Assembly: GCA_017502135.1 (NCBI GenBank)
Contig: JAFVVP010000001.1
Span: forward strand, 544 to 64,543
DNA from: Clostridia bacterium
Lineage (GTDB): Bacteria; Bacillota; Clostridia; Oscillospirales; CAG-272
Length of the DNA: 64,000 bases
Direction of reading: 5' to 3'
Part shown: positions 37,136-45,258 of the stretch, piece by piece
Layout: every line of letters starts with the position of its first letter
Position numbering within the stretch: the first letter of the stretch is position 1
Translations under genes and position numbers: made by a program
Notes under the pieces: model-generated
Database searches by the model: none
Seen by the model: the letters and a program-made list of their open reading frames with translations, nothing else
Told to the model about the DNA's origin: nothing

Positions 37136-37921
37136 ATGAAAAACTTGGAGGCAATAAGAAACAAAGACAATTTTATCTGTGATATGGACGGTGTTATCTA
37201 TCACGGAAATCTTTTGATCCCGCACGTAAAAGAGTTCATTGAATGGCTCAATGACAATCATAAGAATTATCTGTTCCTCACGAACGGATCGGGCCGCTCG
37301 CCGAAGGAGCTTGCGCAGAAGCTCGAGCGAATGGGCCTTACGGTAGGTGAAGAGCATTTCTATACGAGTGCGCAGGCGACCGCTTCGTTCCTTAAGAGCC
37401 AGTGCCCCGGCGGCTCTGCGTACGTGATCGGAGACGCGGGTCTCGTGTGCGCACTCTACGAGGCAGGCTTCAGCATGAACGACGTGAATCCCGATTACGT
37501 CGTATTCGGAGGTACGAAGTTCATCAACTATGAGCAGATCGAGAAGGCATCCCGTCTCGTTATGAACGGTGCCAAACTGATCGGTACGAACAGCGACCTC
37601 GTTGATCCGTCCGAGAACGGCATCATCCCTGCCTGCCGTGCGCTCATCGCACCGATCGAGCTGACGACGGGCAAAAAAGCGTATTACGTCGGTAAACCGA
37701 ATCCGCTTATGATGCGTCATGCGCTCAAAGAACTGAACTGCCATCGCGCAGACGCCGTTCTGATCGGCGACCGGATGGATACGGACATCATCGCCGGCAT
37801 CGAGACGGAGATTGATACCGTTCTCGTTCTCTCCGGTGTTACGACCATGGAGGATCTCACAAAATTCGCCTACCGCCCGAAATATATCCTCAATGACGTG
37901 GGCGATATCGTAAACGCGTGA
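37136..37921 (+). CDS. HAD-IIA family (NagD-like) phosphatase
   Basis: DMDGVIYHG, LFLTNGS, GKPNP, IGDRMDTDI. Confidence 0.85.
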   Translation: MKNLEAIRNKDNFICDMDGVIYHGNLLIPHVKEFIEWLNDNHKNYLFLTNGSGRSPKELAQKLERMGLTVGEEHFYTSAQATASFLKSQCPGGSAYVIGDAGLVCALYEAGFSMNDVNPDYVVFGGTKFINYEQIEKASRLVMNGAKLIGTNSDLVDPSENGIIPACRALIAPIELTTGKKAYYVGKPNPLMMRHALKELNCHRADAVLIGDRMDTDIIAGIETEIDTVLVLSGVTTMEDLTKFAYRPKYILNDVGDIVNA

Positions 37922-37934
37922 TTATATAGGAAAC

Positions 37935-37964
37935 GGGGCTGTCGCATTTCGATGCGACAGCCCC
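37935..37964. repeat. REP-like hairpin GGGGCTGTCGC-N8-GCGACAGCCCC (copy 2), between convergent genes
   Basis: Perfect 11-bp stem identical to the one at 35380-35409. Confidence 0.8.
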
Positions 37965-37982
37965 AAGTTTATAAGGCGCGGT

Positions 37983-39527
37983 TTATTCCACCTGCGTGTA
38001 GTAATTCATAGGATCTACATAATCATTATTTATAACAAGGGAAAAATGCAAATGGGGGCCGGTGGCGTTCCCTGTATAGCCAAGATCGGCGATGCGGTCG
38101 CCCTGTTTCACCGTGTCACCGGCAAAAGCGTAAAGGCGTTCCAAATGGCGGTATTCCGCGATCACTCCGCCGCAGTCCAGCACCATGTAGTTCCCTTTCA
38201 TATAGTCATAAGATGCTTGCAGTACCTTGCCGTCTGCCACTGCCAGGATCGGTGTGTCCTGGGCAGCAGCGATGTCAATGCCGTCGTGATCGGAGACGAG
38301 CCAGACAATGTCCGGTGCATCCCCTTTGTTTTCCGGGATACGGGACAGATAGTAAAAGGGCGGTGCTTCGTTTACCCTTTCCGGAGTGCACATTACTTCA
38401 CCAAAAGGTCTGGTAATTTCCCACGTGCTGTCTGCGGGCAACGGGAAGATCAGTGAGATCTGCGGGGGTGTTTGCGGAGTTTCTTCTGCGGGAAATATAG
38501 GGGAGAGGGACGAATCGGCTGTGTCCGGCAGGAGAATGGCGGCATCCGATGCCGGGAGGGCAGATGGATTGCCACCGCCGGAGAGATTCATCGGAGCGGC
38601 GGCAAACACAGCAGTTACCGCCAGGCACAGCACCGCGGCGAGTATCATCAGAAGGAGGGAGGTCTTTTTCGGTCGAATCATACGAAGAATCCTTTCTTTT
38701 GTGGTGTTTCGTGATTTTCCTGCGAACGGCTTGCCTGCCATGCCGGCGGCGGTGGGCATAAACATGTGCAGATCGGCAAGATCCAGCAGAACACCGGCGT
38801 ACCGTGCCCGAGCGGCGGTATCACTGCCGATAACACGCAGAACAACTTCGTCACAGGCGAATTCCAGATCGCGGCAGGCGAGAACATACATGCCCCACAC
38901 CAGCGGATTGAACCAGTGAAGGGCGAGCACGGCGGCGAACAGCCATTTTACAGGAATATCGCTGCGGCGGATGTGTGCGTTTTCATGCACGAGAATACAC
39001 CGGAGCGTCTCCGGTGCGTACTTGTTAGGCATCTGCCCAAGGCAGATTACCGGCCGGAATATGCCCACGGCACAGGGGATCCGCACGTGCGGAGAGATGC
39101 GGACGCGTTGTCCTAAGTGGGTGATTTCCGCCGCGCTTCGCATACGAAGACAAAACCGCAGATGGGGAATGAGAAATAAAGCACTCATCAGAAGTACGCC
39201 GAGCAGCCAAATGACGAAGATCCACGCGAACGGTGCTTCGGCGGAAGAGGCAGCGGGTGTTTCTGTCAGCGGGATTACGGCGTACCATGCCCCGGTGTTG
39301 CCATAACCGATAGTATCTGATGCGGCACCGCCCAGTGCAAAAATACTGACAGGGGAGGGGATCTCGGCAAAAATCAGAAGGCGTACCGCTGCCAGAATCC
39401 AGATCGCACGATAAAATGCGGCTGGAAGCCGCCGGGCACACAGTGCCCGCAGGATCATACAGAAGAGAATGAGCACAGAAGCGCTTACTGTGACGGAAAA
39501 GAGTATCGTCATACCGTTCCCCCTCAT
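37983..39527 (-). CDS. BlaR1-like M56 membrane metalloprotease fused to a C-terminal M23 (LytM-type) peptidase domain
   Basis: M56 motif HENAHIRRSD. C-terminal HDGIDIAA ... GYTGNATGPHLHFSL (M23). ATGA overlap with upstream blaI. Confidence 0.85.
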   Translation of the reverse strand: MRGNGMTILFSVTVSASVLILFCMILRALCARRLPAAFYRAIWILAAVRLLIFAEIPSPVSIFALGGAASDTIGYGNTGAWYAVIPLTETPAASSAEAPFAWIFVIWLLGVLLMSALFLIPHLRFCLRMRSAAEITHLGQRVRISPHVRIPCAVGIFRPVICLGQMPNKYAPETLRCILVHENAHIRRSDIPVKWLFAAVLALHWFNPLVWGMYVLACRDLEFACDEVVLRVIGSDTAARARYAGVLLDLADLHMFMPTAAGMAGKPFAGKSRNTTKERILRMIRPKKTSLLLMILAAVLCLAVTAVFAAAPMNLSGGGNPSALPASDAAILLPDTADSSLSPIFPAEETPQTPPQISLIFPLPADSTWEITRPFGEVMCTPERVNEAPPFYYLSRIPENKGDAPDIVWLVSDHDGIDIAAAQDTPILAVADGKVLQASYDYMKGNYMVLDCGGVIAEYRHLERLYAFAGDTVKQGDRIADLGYTGNATGPHLHFSLVINNDYVDPMNYYTQVE

Positions 39528-39883
39528 TTCATCTCATTGATCATGCGGCGTAATTCCCTTATTTCTTCCGGTGATAAAGTGCCGTATTCCAAAATAGATG
39601 CGATAAGGCGATCGGTCTTTCCTCCGAAAAGACGGTCAATTAAATCTACAGTTTCTTTTTGTCGGATCTCTTTTTTAGAGATTGCGGCTGTGCAGATAAA
39701 GCCCGGCTCCGTGCGGGTGATCGCCCCTTTTTCGATGCATTTTTTAATAACCGTATAGGTTGTGGTTTTGCTCCAACCTATCGTTTCGGAGAGTACATCA
39801 GCGATCCGCTTTGCAGAAACGCTCCCTTGCTCCCATACTACATTCATGACATGCAACTCCGAAGGGAACAGTTTTTCGTTCAT
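39524..39883 (-). CDS. BlaI/MecI/CopY-family transcriptional repressor
   Basis: ELHVMNVVWEQGSVSAKRIADVL...WSKTTTYTVIKKCIEKG winged helix. Confidence 0.9.
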   Translation of the reverse strand: MNEKLFPSELHVMNVVWEQGSVSAKRIADVLSETIGWSKTTTYTVIKKCIEKGAITRTEPGFICTAAISKKEIRQKETVDLIDRLFGGKTDRLIASILEYGTLSPEEIRELRRMINEMK

Positions 39884-39904
39884 GTTTTTCTTCCTTTCAC
39901 GTTG

Positions 39905-39957
39905 TTCTACTGGAATAGAATGCCTGTTTTTTTGCTATTCTACCACAATAGAATGGC
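39905..39957. promoter_or_regulatory. Two TTCTA-N6-TAGAA dyads upstream of the blaI-like gene (candidate operators)
   Basis: TTCTActggaaTAGAA (39905-39920) and gcTATTCTAccacaaTAGAATgg (39934-39957), 22-74 nt upstream of the ATG at 39883. Confidence 0.45.
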
Positions 39958-40117
39958 GATGTCAATAGATTTTGTGCAAAAACAAAAAATTTAAAGATTT
40001 TTTCTCAGTGTAAAAGCAAATCGCGGAAATCTCTTGCGAAGTTTCGTTTTGTGTGTTATACTACTTAATGTATCATCGGAAATTCTGACTACGGTAGTTT
40101 GAAAGGTTGTTCAAAAC

Positions 40118-41344
40118 ATGAAAGAAATTGCAGTAATCGGCTTTGGCGTGGTAGGCGGCGGCGTCGTGTCTCTCGTTGACGAGAACCAAGAGCGCATCGC
40201 GCAGACGGCCGGAGATGCCGTGCACGTAAAATATATTCTCGATCTGAGAGATTTCCCCGATTCCCCCTACGCCGATCGCGTGATCCACGACGTGGACACG
40301 ATCATGAACGATCCGGAGATTGCCCTCGTCGTTGAGACGATGGGCGGTGTGCATCCGGCGCTCGAGTTTTCCACGGCTGCGCTTAAAGCGGGCAAGCACG
40401 TCATCACTTCCAATAAGGAGCTCGTGGCGAAGCACGGAGCGGAACTCATGCGTCTGGCAGACGAAAACGGTGTCGCCTATCTCTATGAGGCAAGCGTGGG
40501 CGGCGGTATTCCGCTGATCCGTTCCATCCGTACGAGCCTTGCCACCGACCGCGTGGATGCGATAAACGGTATTTTGAACGGTACGACGAACTACATCCTG
40601 ACCCGTATGCGCGACGGCGGTATCTCTTTCGATGAGGCACTCGCCGAAGCACAAGAACTCGGATATGCGGAAAAGGATCCATCCGCCGATATTCACGGCT
40701 TTGACGCACAGCGGAAGATCATGATTCTCGCCGCCGTCGCGACCGGCTATATCGCAGATGAAAACGACGTGTATGCCGAAACGATGTCAAAACTCACCAC
40801 CGCCGATATGGATGCGGCAAAGCGCCTCGGCGGTGCCGTGCGCCTCATTGGTTCGTTCAAGCGCGAGGCAGACGGCGTATCCGTCTTCGTATGCCCGCGT
40901 ATTGTGCCCGGAAAGAATCCGCTGGCACACGTGGATGACGTGTATAACGCGGCGTCCGTGGCGGCGGCTCTCACGGGAGATGTGATGTACTACGGCCGCG
41001 GTGCCGGTCGGTATCCGACCGCAGGAGCGGTTATCTCCGACGTGGCAGCTGCGCTGAACGGCTCGTACCGTACGGAATCGGTTAGAACGTGGGAGAACTC
41101 TCCCGCCGGATTTGTCAAAAAGTTCGCCGACAGCAAAAACCGTATGTACGTCCGCGTGAGCGGTGCATCCGTACAGGAGGTCATGGATGCTGCGCATCTC
41201 GTGTTCGGTGACGTTGCGGCTGTGCCCGGCACGCCCGCAGGGGTTTCGGAGTTCGTAACTTCTCTCATGACGGAGCGCCAGCTCAGTGAGGGCCTTTCCT
41301 CTCTGCCCGGCAAGGTGGAGTCGGCACTTCGTATACTTGATTGA
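40118..41344 (+). CDS. hom: Homoserine dehydrogenase
   Basis: IGFGVVGGGV NAD motif, ITSNKELVA, EASVGGGIPLI. Confidence 0.92.
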   Translation: MKEIAVIGFGVVGGGVVSLVDENQERIAQTAGDAVHVKYILDLRDFPDSPYADRVIHDVDTIMNDPEIALVVETMGGVHPALEFSTAALKAGKHVITSNKELVAKHGAELMRLADENGVAYLYEASVGGGIPLIRSIRTSLATDRVDAINGILNGTTNYILTRMRDGGISFDEALAEAQELGYAEKDPSADIHGFDAQRKIMILAAVATGYIADENDVYAETMSKLTTADMDAAKRLGGAVRLIGSFKREADGVSVFVCPRIVPGKNPLAHVDDVYNAASVAAALTGDVMYYGRGAGRYPTAGAVISDVAAALNGSYRTESVRTWENSPAGFVKKFADSKNRMYVRVSGASVQEVMDAAHLVFGDVAAVPGTPAGVSEFVTSLMTERQLSEGLSSLPGKVESALRILD

Positions 41345-41348
41345 AATA

Positions 41349-41388
41349 AAAAACGGTGGGAAAACCCCTGTGCCGATAAGACAGTAAT
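41349..41388. repeat. Left ~40-bp imperfect inverted repeat flanking the serine-recombinase element
   Basis: AAAAACGGTGGG-aaaaCCCCTGtgccga-TAAGACAGTAAT. Its reverse-complement partner is at 55040-55080 (outer 12 nt and inner 12 nt identical, central CCCTG shared). Confidence 0.75.
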
Positions 41389-41523
41389 CCGAAAAAACGA
41401 AATTTTTTACGGCATCTGTCTGACAGGGTTGGAAGCAAACAACACAAAAAGCACGATGTCGAGTCGAGAGACTTTGCATCGTGCTTTTTCCATCTCACCA
41501 ACTAATAACACGGAGGTACTATC

Positions 41524-41880
41524 ATGAATAACAATCTTACTTACACCCGCTGCGGCGATTATGAAATCCCGAACCTGACCTTATCCGAAACAGAAAATAA
41601 GCCTTTAGGCAAATACGGCAGAATGCGGAAGAAATATCTGCAGGAGCACAGGCCGGTACTGTGGAACAGCATGATCCTATCGGAGAAGCTGTATCCGCAT
41701 CTGAGGGAGATCGACGAAGCGGCGAATGCTCGGCTGGAGCAGATAATGCCCGAACTGATGAAGCGCAGCGGCGTGACGGAAAGTCTGAAAGCCAGCGATC
41801 CGATGAAGTGGACGGGACTGATGAATACTCTGAAAGCACAAGCAGAGGAAATTATTTTTGACGAACTGATTTATAACTGA
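41524..41880 (+). CDS. tnpV: Transposon-encoded TnpV-like protein
   Basis: LTYTRCGDYEIPNLTL...KPLGKYGRMRKKYLQEHRPVLWNSMILSEKLYPHLREIDE matches the TnpV family pattern. Confidence 0.8.
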   Translation: MNNNLTYTRCGDYEIPNLTLSETENKPLGKYGRMRKKYLQEHRPVLWNSMILSEKLYPHLREIDEAANARLEQIMPELMKRSGVTESLKASDPMKWTGLMNTLKAQAEEIIFDELIYN

Positions 41881-42021
41881 CGCATCGGCGGCGTATGGAA
41901 TTATCCATGCGCCGCTGTTCTATTTCAAAAGCAGTCACTGATTTGATGACACCTTTACTAAAAAAACAAATTCCAAACAGGTCATTGTGAAATCCGTGAA
42001 ATACTTCGCTGCAGGACAAAT

Positions 42022-42270
42022 TCATTTCACCATTCCGTGCTTCTCTGAACGATGAACGCAGTATGCGGAACAGTGTGCCTTTGCACGGAACGGCGAAAGG
42101 TCATACAAAATAGTAAAGTCCAATATACCCACTTTCGACCAGTACATCATCGGAGATATTTCTATCGGTTGCAGCGCCGTTTCAAAGATTATTCCGAATT
42201 CCGGTAGCTGCTTCCAAAATTCAACAGCATCGTCACGCGACGCCAAGTCAAACTGATATGACAACATCAA
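42022..42270 (-). CDS. Hypothetical 82-aa protein
   Basis: Only an isolated ORF in a 690-nt gap. No recognisable motif. Confidence 0.3.
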   Translation of the reverse strand: MMLSYQFDLASRDDAVEFWKQLPEFGIIFETALQPIEISPMMYWSKVGILDFTILYDLSPFRAKAHCSAYCVHRSEKHGMVK

Positions 42271-42504
42271 TTCTGGGTGTCAGAACAGGAGCATATGCCC
42301 CTATTTTGAAAGGCAAAATCTTTTTGCCATAGGAGAACACACGGATACTGCTTTATCTTTATTCAAGAAACATACGCTCCTAATGCAAAAAAAGTTACAA
42401 ATGAGTTTGCTCACCCTGATTGTAAATCCAGCTTCAATATGATAAAATTATTATGTAGAATTGTGCCCATTTTTATGAGAAACTTTTTTACAAATGGATA
42501 TCCC

Positions 42505-42531
42505 TTTGTTGGTTATGAAATAACCAACAAA
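42505..42531. promoter_or_regulatory. Perfect 12-bp palindrome TTTGTTGGTTAT-gaa-ATAACCAACAAA upstream of the response-regulator gene
   Basis: Lies 40 nt upstream of the ATG at 42572. No U-run, so it is more likely an operator than a terminator. Confidence 0.4.
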
Positions 42532-42571
42532 GACCCTTAACTACACATCATGCGGAAGGGAGGCGCGGCTC

Positions 42572-43315
42572 ATGATCAACATCGCAATTTGCGATGACGA
42601 GTTGTTATGGCTTGAAAGTACAGAGCAATTACTAAGAGAATACAGTGAGAGCACCGGTATCCCGATGAAGATACATACGTTTCTCTCTGCTTACGATATC
42701 ATAGAATATGTTGATGACAACGAGGATTTTGACCTTTATATTCTCGATGTGGTCATGCCGGAAAAGACCGGGATTCAGGTCGGAACATGGCTTCGCGAAG
42801 CAGACAAGCGGGGCTTGATCATCTACCTTACTACCTCAAAGGATTTCGCTCTGGACGCCTACGCCGTTCAGCCCTTCCACTATCTGCTCAAGCCTGTTGA
42901 ACGCGAAAGTCTTTTTGCGGTACTGGACAAGGCTGCGGCCATATTGACAGAGCGTGTCAATAAAGCAATCTGTGTCAAGAGCAAGAACGGCTCCTTGCGA
43001 ATCATGTTTGATGACATTGTGTATGTCGAGTATGTTGACCGTTGCAGCAATTTCCACTTAAAGAGCGGCGACATCGTTACCTCTACGCAGCAGCGCGTCT
43101 CTTTTGCCGACAGTATGCAGCCGCTTCTCAGTGATGAGAGATTTTTCCGCTGCGGAGCGAGCTTTGTTCTGAATCTGTATTACATATCGGCTGTTGATAA
43201 GGACGCCGTACACTTTCGCCATGTTCCCAATACTTTGTATTTGCCAAAAAACGCAAGCAGTGCTTTGACCTCTGCATGGTTTGATTATTGGATGGAGAGA
43301 GGAAACAACGTATGA
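42572..43315 (+). CDS. LytTR-family (AgrA/LytR-type) response regulator
   Basis: Receiver domain (DDE..., DLYILDVVMP) plus a C-terminal LytTR domain (ICVKSKNGSLRI..DDIVYVEY). Confidence 0.9.
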   Translation: MINIAICDDELLWLESTEQLLREYSESTGIPMKIHTFLSAYDIIEYVDDNEDFDLYILDVVMPEKTGIQVGTWLREADKRGLIIYLTTSKDFALDAYAVQPFHYLLKPVERESLFAVLDKAAAILTERVNKAICVKSKNGSLRIMFDDIVYVEYVDRCSNFHLKSGDIVTSTQQRVSFADSMQPLLSDERFFRCGASFVLNLYYISAVDKDAVHFRHVPNTLYLPKNASSALTSAWFDYWMERGNNV

Positions 43316-44595
43316 GTGAGATATTAAGACTGACCTCGGCGGCGTGGTCACTGTTTCATATTCTGATATTGTTCATGTTCTTTTACTCGCCGCGGTTTTC
43401 AAGAAAAAAGACTACGATTATTACCTGTGCCACAATGGTGCCGCTTGTGATCGTCAACGCATTGCTGCTGGTGCTGTTGGAACGGGCTGTCTACGGAAAG
43501 CTGATCTTATTATTGCTGGTCATTCCAAGCTTTGCGTTTTTCTTCTTCCTTGCAAAGCACCGGGATTTTCGTTTCGTGTTTACATTCTGCCTTGTGGATA
43601 CCATATCCGCAGAGTTGATTATCATTTCCATGCTCCTCAATCAGTACATAACTCCCGAAAGCAACATCGTAATGTTTGCTATCCGCATTTTGGGATTTCC
43701 TTTGGTGGAATACTTTGTCGTTAAAAAACTGCGTAAGCCGTATTTTGAAATTCAGAACAGTGTAAAGAAAGGATGGGGCACCTTTTCCCTTGTGTCGGTG
43801 ATATTCTATGTTCTGATTCTTGTGATGACTGCTTTCCCGACGGTAATAACCGAGCGTCCCAACGATATGCCCATTATGCTGATCTTCATGCTCCTGATGC
43901 CACTGATGTATCTGAATATTTTCCAGATACTCCATCATCAGAACAGGCTGAATACCGTTGAACGTGAGCAGGAATTGTGGCAGATACAGTCCTCGCATAT
44001 GCAGAAGCAGATCGCATCTATGGCCGAAGCGGATAAGCGGGTGAGCTGTGAACGACATGACATCCGACACCGGCTGCAGATCATCGATGTTATGCTGCAG
44101 AAAGGTGAGATAAAAGAAGCGAGAGAATTTATCAGCTCCACCCATGAAACACTGCAGGCTCCGACAGGGCTTGTCTACTGCAAGAATCCGGTTCTGGATG
44201 CTGTTTTCAGTTTCTATTTCAAACAGGCGCAGGATAAAGACATTCGTATCGAATCCACGCTGTCGATCTCCGAGGAACTTCCTGCAGACCCGTCGGAGCT
44301 GTCCATCGTCATAGCCAATGCGCTTGAGAATGCGATCCATGCCTGCGAGAAACTGCCGCAGGAAAAACGCGTGATCTCCTGCCGCTGCATTGAAAAGCCC
44401 CAGTTTATGCTGCAGATCAGAAATCCCTTCGATGGCGAGGTCAGGCTCGATGCGGAGGGCTTCCCCGTGACCGATGCCAAAGGCCACGGAATCGGGATTC
44501 GCTCCATTCGCTCCTTCTGCGAGAGGAACCATGCACAGGCTGAATTCAAGATCGAGGACAAGATGTTTGCCCTGCGTATTTTGATACAGAAATAA
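43312..44595 (+). CDS. AgrC-like multi-TM GHKL sensor histidine kinase
   Basis: ATGA overlap with the RR stop. About 6 TM helices. H-box ERHDIRHRL, N-box NALENAIHA, G-box GHGIGIRSI. Confidence 0.88.
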   Translation: MSEILRLTSAAWSLFHILILFMFFYSPRFSRKKTTIITCATMVPLVIVNALLLVLLERAVYGKLILLLLVIPSFAFFFFLAKHRDFRFVFTFCLVDTISAELIIISMLLNQYITPESNIVMFAIRILGFPLVEYFVVKKLRKPYFEIQNSVKKGWGTFSLVSVIFYVLILVMTAFPTVITERPNDMPIMLIFMLLMPLMYLNIFQILHHQNRLNTVEREQELWQIQSSHMQKQIASMAEADKRVSCERHDIRHRLQIIDVMLQKGEIKEAREFISSTHETLQAPTGLVYCKNPVLDAVFSFYFKQAQDKDIRIESTLSISEELPADPSELSIVIANALENAIHACEKLPQEKRVISCRCIEKPQFMLQIRNPFDGEVRLDAEGFPVTDAKGHGIGIRSIRSFCERNHAQAEFKIEDKMFALRILIQK

Positions 44596-44602
44596 TTGTT
44601 TT

Positions 44603-44630
44603 TCGGCTCCCGAAAGGGAGCCGATTTTTT
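44603..44630 (+). terminator. Terminator of the TCS operon
   Basis: TCGGCTCCC-gaaa-GGGAGCCGA followed by TTTTTT. Confidence 0.8.
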
Positions 44631-44662
44631 GTTCAGAGCCTCAAATTCTCTGTGCAGATAAA

Positions 44663-44727
44663 AAATATGTGAAAAAAAGGGCGAAATATGTGAATTGCAA
44701 AGTTCGGAGAGATTTTCGGAGTATAAT
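44663..44727 (+). promoter_or_regulatory. LytTR-type direct-repeat box plus -10 element
   Basis: AAATATGTGAA at 44663-44673 and 44684-44694 (exact, 21-bp period). TTGCAA at 44695-44700, TATAAT at 44722-44727. Confidence 0.6.
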
Positions 44728-44778
44728 TTCTGTAAGGAAAAGCCTGTTTATTATCAAGACTGCGAGAGGAGGATGTGT

Positions 44779-45009
44779 ATGCTCGGACGCGAGATCATCC
44801 GCAGGCTGGAGCACAGCGAAGAATTCAGTGAACCGCACACAGGACAAAATGTCTGGCCGCGCCAATGGTGTCCGGCCTTTGCAGAAAGGCGCAGCACCAT
44901 CCCGTTTGTACCAAAATGCTGGTTTTGCCGATGCGCCTACTTCGGTCTTGAAAACAAAACCGCCCTTGAGGTTGGCATCTGTCGATACCCGGAGGTGCAG
45001 ACCCGATGA
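44779..45009 (+). CDS. Small Cys-rich protein (76 aa)
   Basis: RBS GAGAGGAGG lies 6 nt before the ATG at 44779. Motifs WCP, KCWFCRC and GICRY. ATGA overlap with the next ORF. Confidence 0.5.
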   Translation: MLGREIIRRLEHSEEFSEPHTGQNVWPRQWCPAFAERRSTIPFVPKCWFCRCAYFGLENKTALEVGICRYPEVQTR

Positions 45010-45221
45010 AATATCAGAAACTGAAAAAGGAAGCCTTTCATTCCATGTGCCGACAATGTATCAATGAGCAATATGGTCTGCAGCTGAAAACCCGGGACTG
45101 CTATTACCTGCCTTATCAGGAACTGTGCAGCTGCTGCGGAAACATCAGAAACATTGTGGCCGATATTAGCCGCCATAGCCGGTGGCGATTGTTCTTTGCC
45201 CGGCAAAAAAAGAAACCGTAA
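45006..45221 (+). CDS. Small Cys-rich protein (71 aa)
   Basis: CRQC ... C ... CSCC pattern and a basic tail. Translationally coupled to the previous ORF. Confidence 0.5.
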   Translation: MKYQKLKKEAFHSMCRQCINEQYGLQLKTRDCYYLPYQELCSCCGNIRNIVADISRHSRWRLFFARQKKKP

Positions 45222-45258
45222 ATCATAGCAATCTGCTTTACCATAGGAGGAACACAAA

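Noticed and set aside
35803-37744. Minus-strand ORFs 35803-37170 (455 aa) and 36395-37744 (449 aa)
   Set aside because: They are antisense to luxS, mtnN and the HAD gene, and they overlap each other. No recognisable domains.
37136-37921. Two NagD-like HAD-IIA paralogues (37136-37921 and 56132-56965), considered as a possible duplication tied to the mobile element
   Set aside because: The proteins are clearly diverged and both lie outside the element boundaries. They are ordinary paralogues.
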